Sequence record: SRR20825006_365
Length of the DNA: 38,292 nt
Reading direction: 5' to 3' (one strand)
The position numbers were made by a program, and so were the translations under genes. This document shows positions 17,111-26,536 of this stretch, piece after piece. The stretch's first letter is position 1. Every line of letters starts with the position of its first letter. The notes below the pieces were generated by a model, which had not been told where the DNA came from, ran no database searches, and saw nothing but the letters and a program-made list of their open reading frames with translations.

Positions 17111-18749
17111 CGCGGCTTTCCTCTTCGACAGTCAGACGCCCACCTGCAAAGCTCGATGTCAGGGCTTGTGCCATCATGATCTCGAAGCCGCTGGTATCTA
17201 CATCGCCAAATCCGGCGAGCATCATGGTGCGAAACTCTTCAAGCGACTGTGCCTGCGCCATCATCGCTTCAATCTGGCCCATCATGCGCGCGATTTGAGG
17301 TCGGGCCTCATTTTGTAAACGGTCGACGAGAGGAGCCAAATCCTGCCCCGCAGAAAAATCGCCCTGTGAGGCCTGTAAAGCCTCTTGAGCGGCAACCATG
17401 CCCGGATCGGCCTTGGGGTGTTTAACGGGCGCTAAAAACCGTTTAATTTTTGAAGCGGGGGGCGTGCCATCCCCCGCATCTGCGCCGGGCTCGGAATTTT
17501 GGGCCGTTTGACCCAAAATCTCATCGCCGTCTTTGGGTTTTTCCCACCCGAACTTGCTGTAAACCTGCTCGGCCTTTACCGGCAAACCAATCTTGACCAG
17601 GTTGCCTAAGATTTCGGAGGCGGCCTTGAGGTCTTCTTGCTCAGGGCGCGCGATCACGAGGGTCGGATAGGCGGTCTGCGGCCCAAATTCCAAATCCATC
17701 CACGGGCGGATCAGATCGCGGTTGAGGATCGCCGCCAAAGCGCCGGCATCGGCGCGTTCGATGTCCTCTTGAACCTGACGGTGTTCTTTGCCTGAGCCAA
17801 GACCGCCGACCACGGCATCCGTTGTGCCGGTCTGACCCAGCACAGCTTTTGAGATTTGCTGGTCAATGTGATCAACCCGCTTCAGGTAGAGATCTCCGGA
17901 TGAGTTTGTATTTTTGGCCTCGACAAAATCGATGGTCATGCTGTCAGGGATGATGACGGCGCAATCGCCTGCAATATTGGCGACCGCGTTGAACAGTGTG
18001 TCTTTGTCAGGCTCCGATGCGCCAGCCCCCCATTTGCCGATCCGCAAGGGCTGGCCGTAAGTCTGGGTGAAGATCGCCCAGTCGCGTTGGGTGTAGGCTT
18101 TAAACAGCCAGCCCCATGTGGCGACCCGCGCGAGACCGGAGCGCAGCGGCAAGCCCGATTTCGCCTTCACCTGGGCAAAGATGAATTTGAACGCATCAAG
18201 TGGCGTTTCTTGACCGTGATCATCCAACTGCATTGGGGTTTTGAGATCATGCCGATTGAAGCGGAACCAACGCGGGTCGCGGTATTCCAAACGGTCAGGA
18301 CGCCATTGCCCCATAGAGGTGTCCCAAATGATCTCCGTGAAGCTGTAGCCTTTGCCGACCGCATCTAGGATGTCGAACAGCTCTTCGACCAATTCACCGC
18401 GCTCAAGCCATTCTTGCACCATTTCCGATTTTTTGACGTCTTCCGGCTTGTCTGAGGCGGCTTTGACGGTGATTTCGATCTGGCTGACAGAGCGTTTGCG
18501 GGTGCCGATGACGCCCAGATAATGCGGATCGCGCTCTTCAACGACTTCGGCCAGTTCCAGAAACTGTACCGGGTCACCTTGATCCGCTGCGCGCAAGATA
18601 TGTGCCAGCCGCGCGGGGTCCAACCCATCGGCGGGTGTACCTGAGATCGGGCTGCGAACCCCGCCAATGGTGGCGGCGGCCACTTCTTTGGTCAGCATAC
18701 GGCGCTCTATCGGGCGGCCAAAACGGTCGAGCAACTGTGGTCGTGTCAT
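17103..18749 (-). CDS. Portal protein (Mu gp29, DUF935)
   Basis: EERDPHY, LDAVGKGYS..EIIW, DWAIF...YGQPLRIGK, QISKAVLGQT; ATG 18749 overlaps the methylase stop. Confidence 0.93.
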   Translation of the reverse strand: MTRPQLLDRFGRPIERRMLTKEVAAATIGGVRSPISGTPADGLDPARLAHILRAADQGDPVQFLELAEVVEERDPHYLGVIGTRKRSVSQIEITVKAASDKPEDVKKSEMVQEWLERGELVEELFDILDAVGKGYSFTEIIWDTSMGQWRPDRLEYRDPRWFRFNRHDLKTPMQLDDHGQETPLDAFKFIFAQVKAKSGLPLRSGLARVATWGWLFKAYTQRDWAIFTQTYGQPLRIGKWGAGASEPDKDTLFNAVANIAGDCAVIIPDSMTIDFVEAKNTNSSGDLYLKRVDHIDQQISKAVLGQTGTTDAVVGGLGSGKEHRQVQEDIERADAGALAAILNRDLIRPWMDLEFGPQTAYPTLVIARPEQEDLKAASEILGNLVKIGLPVKAEQVYSKFGWEKPKDGDEILGQTAQNSEPGADAGDGTPPASKIKRFLAPVKHPKADPGMVAAQEALQASQGDFSAGQDLAPLVDRLQNEARPQIARMMGQIEAMMAQAQSLEEFRTMMLAGFGDVDTSGFEIMMAQALTSSFAGGRLTVEEESRDA

Positions 18750-19573
18750 GTGGGCACCCCGTGAGGTTCGAGTGGGAAATTGGAAATCAGCAGCTCGCCC
18801 GCGTCTTTGGCCTTGTCGCCGCCCGCCAGCGTGTAGGTGACGCGCACCGGGACAATATCGGCCCAATCAAACAGGCTGCGGATCTCGGGGACGTCATTAA
18901 TTGAGAGAATAAACTGGCCTTTAATGCCCCGTAAAATGCGGGCCAGATTGGCAAAGTCATCGCGGCTGAAGGCATCTTTGCCATAATCGGTCTCGCTGCC
19001 GAAATATGGCGGGTCGAGATAGAACAGCGTCGAGGTCCGATCCACGCGCGCAATGAACGCACCGTAGCCAAGGCACATCACGGTAACGCCAGACAATCGG
19101 TCGTGCAGGGCCTCGAGATCGGTCTCTAGGGTGGTCAGGTTGAAACGGGCAGGGCGCTCCGTGGATATCCCAAAGGTCCGTCGATTTACGATGCCACCAA
19201 AGGCAACCCGCTGGAGGTATAAGAACCGCGCCGCGCGTTGCAGGTCGGTCAGAGTTTCGGGGGTGACTTTCATCAGACGTTCAAAGCCTGCCTGTGTCGT
19301 GATCTGAAACCGCAGCAGGTCCAGAAAGGCGACGTAGTGCTCCTGCAAGATGCGGAACAGATTGTAGACGTCTTGGCTGTAGTCGTTGATGAACTCAGAG
19401 CGCGGTTTGCGTTTGCGGCGCAAGAAGATGCCGCCCATGCCCACAAACGGTTCGGCATAGGTGATGTGGTCATGCGCATCGATGATGGCACAGAGCCGTT
19501 TGGCAAGGTTGCGTTTGCCGCCGATATAGGGCGCGACGGGCTTGGACGTGGTGGCTTCGGTTTTCTTTGACAT
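18746..19573 (-). CDS. DNA adenine methyltransferase (Dam/D12 class); alternative in-frame start at 19738
   Basis: PYIGGK, YAEPFVGMGG, IND, FYLDPPY. Confidence 0.93.
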   Translation of the reverse strand: MSKKTEATTSKPVAPYIGGKRNLAKRLCAIIDAHDHITYAEPFVGMGGIFLRRKRKPRSEFINDYSQDVYNLFRILQEHYVAFLDLLRFQITTQAGFERLMKVTPETLTDLQRAARFLYLQRVAFGGIVNRRTFGISTERPARFNLTTLETDLEALHDRLSGVTVMCLGYGAFIARVDRTSTLFYLDPPYFGSETDYGKDAFSRDDFANLARILRGIKGQFILSINDVPEIRSLFDWADIVPVRVTYTLAGGDKAKDAGELLISNFPLEPHGVPT

Positions 19574-19602
19574 GAGTGTGCGACTCGCTTTAGCCAGTTC
19601 TT

Positions 19603-19704
19603 TCCCGCAAGGGACAGAGGCGGCCATAAGCGTAGGCTGGTCGGCGGGGCCTGTTCCAATAGATCCCCGTGTTCGAAACTGGTGAGACAGTTTCTGACCC
19701 TCTG
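19603..19704 (+). ncRNA. Putative structured RNA (cloverleaf) antisense to the methylase leader
   Basis: UCCC-GCAA-GGGA hairpin, closing stem CAGAGG/CCUCUG, three internal stems. Confidence 0.45.
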
Positions 19705-19734
19705 CCCATTTTTCGGTATGTTCTGGGCTTTGGA

Positions 19735-21450
19735 TCATTGAATACCTCCCCGAATGCGTGCGCCGAGTGGGCCTGAGAAGGGTCCACGTCTGTGCCGGTC
19801 GCCCTCGTGGTTGGGGAGCATGTTCATCTGGCCTTCGGATTGTGGGTGTTGGACCTGAGGGTATTGGGCCTGAGGGTATTGGGCCTGTGTTGGCACGGCG
19901 CGGTAGCCGTATTCGGACCACCGCATCCGGCTCGCAAAATGCGCCAGGGCCAATCCAATGGCGAAGTCGCCGTGGCGTTTTTTGTCTTTCTCGCCTTCGC
20001 GGGTGGCAGGCACGCGGGGGATGCCGCGCAACAGCTTCACAACCCGCAAATCTGAGGCGTGATCATCGAATTTGATCAGCTGCAACGTGCCGTCTTCAAA
20101 GGCCGATTTCAGCGGTGGCATGTTGATGCGGTACCAGTCCTCAGAGAACTTGATGGCCCAAACCAGACCTGAGCCATCATCTGTTTCGCGCAGGCCGAAC
20201 TTACGGCCCATGTCTTCGGCCACAGTCCAGCCCATGCCAGTGGCATCAAAGGCGGCACCGACCAGCCGACCGCGCAAATGCTCCATGATCATGCCCACGG
20301 CTTTTTTCTGCTCGTCACCGGGGACACCGCGCATCTCAAGGCAGAGCGCCTCAGTGCGGTGTAAATTCGGTGCAATCGCCAACACTGGCAGCACCGACAG
20401 ATCGGCCACACGGGCAAAGTCAAAGCCAATCGCATAGCGCAGGTCCATGTCGAGCTTGCCAAGTTCTTCTTCGATCTGCTCATAGAACGGGGCCATTAAG
20501 ATGGCCTGCTCAAGTGCCGAGCGCTGCAAATAGTCTTTCGGCAAGTCCAGCGTGATCACCGGCTTTTCCACAGTCATGCGCGCCTCAATCAGCGGGGCCG
20601 CCAGCCACGATCCTGTGGACAGACTGGGGACGCAGAACAGCTCTTGATCGGCGCTGTCGCCATAGAATTTGATGATGCCTTGTCGCCAAGCCGCCTCGGC
20701 CTCAACAGACCAGTTGAGGCCTTTGATCAGACAGATACGCTCATAAAGGCCGTCCGTGATGGCTTGGTCCAGATCGATCCGCACATGTTGGCCGGGCATT
20801 CGCCCTGCCAGAATATCTTGGATGTTGGTGTTAAAAGTGTTGTCGACACCAAAATGCGTGGAGCAAACGACGACCTGACCGCCCCACATCAAGAACGCCA
20901 TAGCCGCCTCGATGAGCGTGTCGAGATTATCGACAAACGCGGCCTCGTCAATGATCACCACGCCTTGTTTGCCGCGCAGGCCACGTGGGGCCGAACTGAG
21001 GGCCATGATTTCAAAGCCGGAGGCAAAGCGAATGCGGAAGGCTTGAATGGCCTTATCGCCCTCAGTGTCGCCTTCTTCAAACAGGCATTCTTCTTCGGCC
21101 ATCGCTGCAGATGAAAAAGCGCGCGCCCACATGGCGCAGGCATCCACAAATTCGCGGGTCATCTCTTTGCTGTAGGAGATATACATCACATCCATGCCGC
21201 CTGCGCCTTTCTGGCGACCGGCGCGGTGGACGGCATAGGCCGCCAACCCCCATGTCAGGCCAATGCGGCGGGATTTTTCAATATACAGCACCTGGGTGCT
21301 GGTACTGTTCAGCAGCCCTACGACCCCTTGTTGATAGGGCAAGAGGGCTTTGGTCTGACCAACTTTGGCAATGACGTCTGGAATCGCGTCCATCGCCTCA
21401 AGGCGCATGGCCTCCCATTCCTCTTGTGTCAGGATCGCGCCATCTGCCAT
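19735..21450 (-). CDS. terL: Terminase large subunit (Mu gp28-like)
   Basis: LLPYQ, EKSRRIGLTW (Walker A-like), VIIDEAAF (Walker B), IGFDFAR..D, FDATGMG, HGD. Confidence 0.95.
   Translation of the reverse strand: MADGAILTQEEWEAMRLEAMDAIPDVIAKVGQTKALLPYQQGVVGLLNSTSTQVLYIEKSRRIGLTWGLAAYAVHRAGRQKGAGGMDVMYISYSKEMTREFVDACAMWARAFSSAAMAEEECLFEEGDTEGDKAIQAFRIRFASGFEIMALSSAPRGLRGKQGVVIIDEAAFVDNLDTLIEAAMAFLMWGGQVVVCSTHFGVDNTFNTNIQDILAGRMPGQHVRIDLDQAITDGLYERICLIKGLNWSVEAEAAWRQGIIKFYGDSADQELFCVPSLSTGSWLAAPLIEARMTVEKPVITLDLPKDYLQRSALEQAILMAPFYEQIEEELGKLDMDLRYAIGFDFARVADLSVLPVLAIAPNLHRTEALCLEMRGVPGDEQKKAVGMIMEHLRGRLVGAAFDATGMGWTVAEDMGRKFGLRETDDGSGLVWAIKFSEDWYRINMPPLKSAFEDGTLQLIKFDDHASDLRVVKLLRGIPRVPATREGEKDKKRHGDFAIGLALAHFASRMRWSEYGYRAVPTQAQYPQAQYPQVQHPQSEGQMNMLPNHEGDRHRRGPFSGPLGARIRGGIQ
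19841..19887. repeat. 15-bp tandem repeat (about 3 copies) encoding QAQYP-QAQYP-QVQHP
   Basis: cctgagggtattggg at 19854-19868 and 19869-19883 plus a degenerate copy. Confidence 0.85.
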
Positions 21451-21671
21451 CAGGCGTCACCACGCATGCGGATCAAGTAGGGATGGCCGCAAAACCAAGC
21501 GAGGGTGCAGTGCATCCCAAAGTGTTCAATGCGCTGTCTGCGCCCCAACACAAAGGCGAGGGCGGCCATGAGGCGCGGTCCTTTGCGCCAGCGATAATCG
21601 CCAACCAAAATGACGGTTCCGATGGCCAAATCATCGGCGTCGTCGCTCAATTTGTGAACGACTGCGCTCAT
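21450..21671 (-). CDS. Hypothetical protein (73 aa)
   Basis: Overlap-coupled to both neighbours. Confidence 0.65.
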   Translation of the reverse strand: MSAVVHKLSDDADDLAIGTVILVGDYRWRKGPRLMAALAFVLGRRQRIEHFGMHCTLAWFCGHPYLIRMRGDA

Positions 21672-22267
21672 AGTTTTACACCGAGGAATTCTCGCAGGAT
21701 CGCATCGCTGGTTTCCTTGGTCAGGCCTCTTGCTTTGGCAACAGCTTGAACAGCCTTGCCCGCCTTAGCTTCGAATTCCTCAACCTTTTGACGACGGGTG
21801 GTGGACATAGATTGTGCTTGCACCGATTGACGGAAGGCCGACGCCATATGCATCACGTCCTTCGCGTCTGCATCATCGGCATCGGTATCAGCGAGCATGT
21901 GGAAAATGAGAGATTTCAGCGTCTCAGCGGCCATGATCGTCAAATCGTCGCTGTCCTTGGCGTCAAAGCCATCGGAGAGCGCCGAGACGATCTGGCGGGT
22001 TTCGTCCATGCGCCGCGTCATTTTGGCTTGGCGCATGGAGTAGCGGTTGAAGGAGGAGAAGCTGGGGATATCGAAGTCCAACGCGCCGCGATGTTCTGCC
22101 ATCAATTGTTCGCAGCGTTGCACGAACTCTGCGTAAATATCAGTTTGGGTCTTTTCGCGGTCAGACAGCTCAGAAGCGGCCCATGTGATGATGGGATCGC
22201 ATTCCTCGGGCATTTGGTCGATCAATGACAGACGCCCACGGCCTTTGGGTTTTGCTGATTTGGCCAT
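21668..22267 (-). CDS. DUF3486 / Mu gp27-like protein (probable terminase small subunit)
   Basis: GRGRLSLID.MP, S.SSFNRY, GLT.ET...I..EFLGV. Confidence 0.85.
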   Translation of the reverse strand: MAKSAKPKGRGRLSLIDQMPEECDPIITWAASELSDREKTQTDIYAEFVQRCEQLMAEHRGALDFDIPSFSSFNRYSMRQAKMTRRMDETRQIVSALSDGFDAKDSDDLTIMAAETLKSLIFHMLADTDADDADAKDVMHMASAFRQSVQAQSMSTTRRQKVEEFEAKAGKAVQAVAKARGLTKETSDAILREFLGVKL

Positions 22268-22268
22268 G

Positions 22269-22574
22269 TCAGGCTCCGGGCCGAGATGGTCGCTGAACAC
22301 CCTCAATTGTGATTTGGCGGGTCAGGTGGCGGTGACCTTTTTGGGCCAACTCGGCCACTTGCAACGAGCCGACGTGATGCACGACAATTGCGCCCATCTC
22401 TTCCAGATAGCCAAATTCCTCGTGGACCCATGCCCGGTCTTTGCTGATGCCAAAAGGGGCCAGCTCATGCACCATCAAGTCGCTGTTGAGGCGTTCGTCA
22501 TTTTGATCGGCCAGTGCTTTCAAGATGATCAGGCGCGCTTGTTCACGCATCAATTTTGCCATGTTGGTGGTCAT
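22269..22574 (-). CDS. Mu gp26-like winged-helix protein
   Basis: RLIILKAL, L..KG......I.GV.RP.P. Confidence 0.8.
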   Translation of the reverse strand: MTTNMAKLMREQARLIILKALADQNDERLNSDLMVHELAPFGISKDRAWVHEEFGYLEEMGAIVVHHVGSLQVAELAQKGHRHLTRQITIEGVQRPSRPGA

Positions 22575-23002
22575 TTTTGCGCTCCATTTTGCAGAAGGAT
22601 TTCCTGTAGCCGATCAGAAATGGCCCCGATGGGCTTCATCCGCTCATCCAGCCGCCCGAGATCGCCCTCAATCCGGCTGAGGGACAAAGCCAATGCGTGA
22701 ATGTCTTTGCTGGTCGGCATGCCATTGATGGCGGTCTCAGCCGCTTGCATGCGACTGCCGAGATTGGCGACGGCATGTTCGACAGCTTCGAGTTTCTTTG
22801 CTTGCGCTGGGGTTGCGACCTCAATGGCTTTGACGCGGATGTCCATCGCGTTGAGGCCGTCCAAAACGGCCTTGCTCACATCGGTTGCGACAGCCTTCAT
22901 GCGCTTGTGAACCCATACGCCCAAGCCTGTGGTTGTCGTCACCATGAGAATGGCAAACCCGAAAATTGAATTCGCTTGGGAGATCAGTTCCACAATCGTC
23001 AT
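22571..23002 (-). CDS. DUF2730 / Mu gp25-like membrane-anchored coiled-coil protein
   Basis: N-terminal TM, coiled coil, MPT.KDIH.L. Confidence 0.75.
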   Translation of the reverse strand: MTIVELISQANSIFGFAILMVTTTTGLGVWVHKRMKAVATDVSKAVLDGLNAMDIRVKAIEVATPAQAKKLEAVEHAVANLGSRMQAAETAINGMPTSKDIHALALSLSRIEGDLGRLDERMKPIGAISDRLQEILLQNGAQK

Positions 23003-23079
23003 GCTCGCAGGCTCTCTCTGAATTTGAAGGGGTGCGATGCCCAAAATTGTGAGCATCGCAGTCCGTCAATTGGGGGCGT

Positions 23080-23463
23080 TCAATCGCGCGCGCGGTTTGA
23101 AATGAACTCACCAACGACTGAACCGCCATGGGCGAGCGCCTCACGGAATTTGGCCTCTGCGATAGACGCCAAAACAGTGCTGGTTGGTTTGAGGGCAGAC
23201 ATGGCATCAGGCACGCTTTCTGTGGCGTGTTTGATGGCTGACGTGATGGCAGCCTGTTGGCCTTCTCCGCGTGCGAGTGCGGCACGAATGCCTGACATCA
23301 AAGCGGAATGAAGCGCTTCGCGATGACGGGCCTCAATCTCGATGCCCCAGCGCGCTTTGGCAATGCCCGCGCCTTGGATCAAAAGAGCGCCAAGGATGGC
23401 CGAGATGATCTGCAACACATTGGGCAGAAACAGGGTGAAAGCTTCGGACAGGAGGGTGTTCAT
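23080..23463 (-). CDS. Putative holin / lysis membrane protein
   Basis: N-terminal TM, IEARHREALHSAL..G, SVPDA; directly after the endolysin; GAGG RBS. Confidence 0.6.
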   Translation of the reverse strand: MNTLLSEAFTLFLPNVLQIISAILGALLIQGAGIAKARWGIEIEARHREALHSALMSGIRAALARGEGQQAAITSAIKHATESVPDAMSALKPTSTVLASIAEAKFREALAHGGSVVGEFISNRARD

Positions 23464-23474
23464 AGGAACCTCTT

Positions 23475-24362
23475 TCAGGATGTGGATGTGAGAATTGGGG
23501 CGGCATATTTGGCAACGATCCAACCTTCTTGGCCGCCATAGAGAACGCGGTGCCAGACCCGATGATCAAACGTGCCTGTGCGCAGCACGGGCACGATCAT
23601 TCCGTCGGGAATGGAGGCGATGATGTTGGGATTAAACGACGGCCAGCGGCGCATATTGAGCGTGCCGCCAAAGGTCTCGATCTGGACCATCTCATCTGAC
23701 GGATCAGAGCCTTTGTTGGCGGCTGCGTCCGCCGGATCGTCACGGCCAAGAATGCGGGCACGGACATGTTCGAGCGGGAAAAGGGGATTGGTGTCGACCT
23801 TGCGACCGGGGCTGATGTACCAATGCGTGGTGATGTCGCTCAGCGTTTTGATGTCGCGGAAAAGGGCCTCCAGGAGCGATAAGAGCGCGTTGATTTGCTC
23901 CTCGGCATAGGGCATCCAGACGCCGTGACCGTGGGTCTCGGTGGTCATCTCAACCAAGCCGAACAGGCTGAAATCGAGTTTCTGCCCATACCAAGCCACA
24001 CCTTGCCCGCCGTCCTTGGTCATGCGACCCGGATTGACCAGTTCAATTCCGATGGAAAAGCCGTTGCAACCGCCACGCCCGTGGAAACTGGAGCGGCCTG
24101 CGTGGTTGGCGCGTTTGTTGGTGGGAACAAGCTGGGTGATTGTGCCATCTGTTTCGATCACAAAATGGACGCTGGCCTTGGCGACGTTCTCAGAGGCCAG
24201 ATAATCTGCAGAATTGAACTTGCTCAGGCGGCCTGCCGTATCGTGAAGGACGACGATCCGAGGCGTGATCGTTCCCCCCGTAAAATATGCGGGCTTGAAC
24301 GAAACACCTTCAAGGATGGAATTGGTGATTTTCATAGGCGGCCCCAAAAATTGTGGGGCCAT
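23475..24362 (-). CDS. Endolysin: N-acetylmuramoyl-L-alanine amidase with C-terminal SH3-like domain (start 24362 or 24335)
   Basis: VVLHDTA, SVHFVI, NHAG.S, SIGIELVN, H..ISPGRKVD; LNMRRWPS..GQEGWI. Confidence 0.92.
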   Translation of the reverse strand: MAPQFLGPPMKITNSILEGVSFKPAYFTGGTITPRIVVLHDTAGRLSKFNSADYLASENVAKASVHFVIETDGTITQLVPTNKRANHAGRSSFHGRGGCNGFSIGIELVNPGRMTKDGGQGVAWYGQKLDFSLFGLVEMTTETHGHGVWMPYAEEQINALLSLLEALFRDIKTLSDITTHWYISPGRKVDTNPLFPLEHVRARILGRDDPADAAANKGSDPSDEMVQIETFGGTLNMRRWPSFNPNIIASIPDGMIVPVLRTGTFDHRVWHRVLYGGQEGWIVAKYAAPILTSTS

Positions 24363-24401
24363 GCCCCATGATTGGGACCAAGATGACGGGGAAAGGGCCT
24401 A

Positions 24402-24431
24402 AAAAAACCCCGCCATGGTGGGCGGGGTGTT
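24402..24431 (-). promoter_or_regulatory. Late-operon regulatory palindrome, copy 2 (upstream of the lysis operon)
   Basis: 29/30 identical to 13322-13351. Confidence 0.75.
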
Positions 24432-24456
24432 TGACAAGGCGGCTAGACAGTCACTG

Positions 24457-24855
24457 TCAGAACAAGGACAACTGCCGGTCATCTGAGCGCTGCTGACGCT
24501 CTTCGACCGTTGGCCCATATCCCTTGCCTTTCAAATAGGCGCGGACTGTCTTGTCTTGTATGCGCAGTTTGCGAGCAATTTCTGCAATAGACAAGCCCTG
24601 TGATTTTAACTGCATCGCCAGCCAACGCTTAGCCAGTGGAATGCGTGTCGGAAGCTGTGCAGCGGCGATGCCCAATGCACGTGCGTTATCGAGGCCAACC
24701 CGTTGTGAGAGTTGTGACGTCTCCCTCGGGTTAGGCGCAAAGGTCAACTCGGCCCCACCAAATTCCAGCAGGAAATCAATCGCGCCGTCGATGCCTAAAA
24801 CGTCAACGAACGGAGCAATCTGCACAGGTATTTGGATGATGGGTTTCGATGTCAC
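24457..24855 (-). CDS. Mor/C-like transcriptional activator
   Basis: FLLEFGGAEL and C-terminal HTH GLSIAEIARKLRIQDKTVRAYL; QLSLF tail; GTG start overlaps the gemA stop. Confidence 0.8.
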   Translation of the reverse strand: MTSKPIIQIPVQIAPFVDVLGIDGAIDFLLEFGGAELTFAPNPRETSQLSQRVGLDNARALGIAAAQLPTRIPLAKRWLAMQLKSQGLSIAEIARKLRIQDKTVRAYLKGKGYGPTVEERQQRSDDRQLSLF

Positions 24856-25298
24856 TTGGTTTGTACCCCATTGCGGCGGCACATGTCTTTTAGGGCGCGG
24901 ATCACGGCATTGATCTGGTCTGCATCGCGCAGCGCATCGATGTCGATTGGCACCGACTGCCATTTGCCTTCAAACCGAGACCGCACAAAGGCGTTGAGAC
25001 CAGCGCGGTCAGGGCGGTCCAAGACACCGGCATCCCCAAGGAGCTTCCAAAGCACATGGATAAGGCGCAGATCGGCACGGGACGCAGGCTTGAACCTGCC
25101 CTTTTTACCGCTGTTAAAGCCCTCTTTAAATCCGCGCTCTTTGAGGCTTTCAACCACAGCTCGCAACTCTGCATCGGTCATGTCGGACAGGGAGGCCTTG
25201 CCGGTCACCACGAGCTGCAGATCATGGCGCGTGTCATCATCAATGCCAAGCTGCTTGCAGCCCGCAAAGATTTGGCGCTGGAGCGTGCGATCAGTCAT
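24852..25298 (-). CDS. gemA: GemA / Mu gp16 (DUF1018)
   Basis: I......LGIDDDT..., TGK.S..DMT..EL..V...LK.RGF, I..LW..L, VI.ALK.M. Confidence 0.88.
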   Translation of the reverse strand: MTDRTLQRQIFAGCKQLGIDDDTRHDLQLVVTGKASLSDMTDAELRAVVESLKERGFKEGFNSGKKGRFKPASRADLRLIHVLWKLLGDAGVLDRPDRAGLNAFVRSRFEGKWQSVPIDIDALRDADQINAVIRALKDMCRRNGVQTK

Positions 25299-25308
25299 CC
25301 CACTCCCC

Positions 25309-25962
25309 TTATGCTTTCGCCAGATCGATGGTGATCGCCCGCCAAGGCCCATCATATGTGTCGCGCTGATAGCAGCGCACATAGGTTTTGGATCCGACCA
25401 CGCGCATGGCGTCCCGGATGGCTGTCATCGCCTGTTTCCAACGCGCATCTTCAATCTCAAGGCGCAACAGCATGAACACCTCAGAGCGATTGATCTGACC
25501 GGCTTTGTCGGTGTTGAACGCCCGCGTGACGATGGCGCGGATTTCCGGGCGGCTCTCAGCCGACCATTCGTTGAGGCACTCATCCACGAGCTCTTTGGCG
25601 ATCTGGAGCTGAGGTCCAAAGTCAATGTGGTCGGCAACCTGAATGAGCACCTTGAACAGGCCGTCATGCGACATGAAGGTTTTGTTGCCCTTAGATCCGC
25701 CTTTGGTACGTCCATATTTCTCAGCCAAAAGGCCCTCAAGCGTGGAGAGGTCTTCAAAAGTATGGCCTTTGAACCGGGCCACTTGATCACTCAGGTCCGA
25801 GGCATAGCCGATGATCTTGCGCACGGTTTGATCTTCGATTTTGGTCTCAGGTTTGATCATCTCCACAGGCACGAGACTGCCCTTGGCATCTGCCATATAG
25901 CTCTTGCCATTGATGATCTCGATGCCGTCTGGCACCGACTTTGTCGTTGGTTCTAAGTTCAT
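25309..25962 (-). CDS. DUF3164 family Mu-like early protein
   Basis: YMADAKGSLVP, GG.KGN.TF.S.DG, FGPQLQIAK.LVDECL.EW, GSKTYVR.Y. Confidence 0.88.
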   Translation of the reverse strand: MNLEPTTKSVPDGIEIINGKSYMADAKGSLVPVEMIKPETKIEDQTVRKIIGYASDLSDQVARFKGHTFEDLSTLEGLLAEKYGRTKGGSKGNKTFMSHDGLFKVLIQVADHIDFGPQLQIAKELVDECLNEWSAESRPEIRAIVTRAFNTDKAGQINRSEVFMLLRLEIEDARWKQAMTAIRDAMRVVGSKTYVRCYQRDTYDGPWRAITIDLAKA

Positions 25963-26153
25963 GACTGGTGTCCTTCGTAGGGGATTGGCTTCATGCCGAG
26001 ACACACAAGTGTGAGCGCCATGGCTTCGATTTCGTCGTTGGTGAGGCGCTCGATCCCACGGCTTCCGCGCGCATCAATCTTGCCGATGGCACGGGCAGCC
26101 AGATCGAGCATTTCGTCCTCAGAGAAAGGGGCATGTGTCTTTGGGGCGCTCAT
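25959..26153 (-). CDS. Hypothetical protein (64 aa)
   Basis: ATGA overlaps on both sides. Confidence 0.7.
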   Translation of the reverse strand: MSAPKTHAPFSEDEMLDLAARAIGKIDARGSRGIERLTNDEIEAMALTLVCLGMKPIPYEGHQS

Positions 26154-26536
26154 TTGTTGACGCCCTCCGGCCCGTCTTTGCGGTTGCGCGGGCACTTTCG
26201 GCAGGCATGAAACATGCGGGATTTGTGCGGTGAGGAGGGGTTCGGCTCTTTGCTTTCCAGACGCCATGCCAGACACTGGTCGGCGGTGATGTCGCCAAGG
26301 GCAGGGCAGGTCACGCCGCGCATGAAAAAATCACGCACGTTCTTTTCGATCTTGTCCATGTCGCCGGTGTAGGTGTTGTTCAACACGAGGCTGATCACGG
26401 CGCTGGAGTAACCGATTTTCTTGGCGACTTTGTTCTGTGACGCTCCATCGGCGTCGCAGGCTGCGACCAGCGCTACCACCCAATCGGGCAGCTCTCCGCA
26501 CCATGCGTCTTCGGCTTTTCTAAACCGCGCACTCAT
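26150..26536 (-). CDS. HTH protein with C-terminal Cys cluster
   Basis: SQNKVAKKIGYSSAVIS HTH; CPALG..C....ACRKC. Confidence 0.8.
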   Translation of the reverse strand: MSARFRKAEDAWCGELPDWVVALVAACDADGASQNKVAKKIGYSSAVISLVLNNTYTGDMDKIEKNVRDFFMRGVTCPALGDITADQCLAWRLESKEPNPSSPHKSRMFHACRKCPRNRKDGPEGVNK

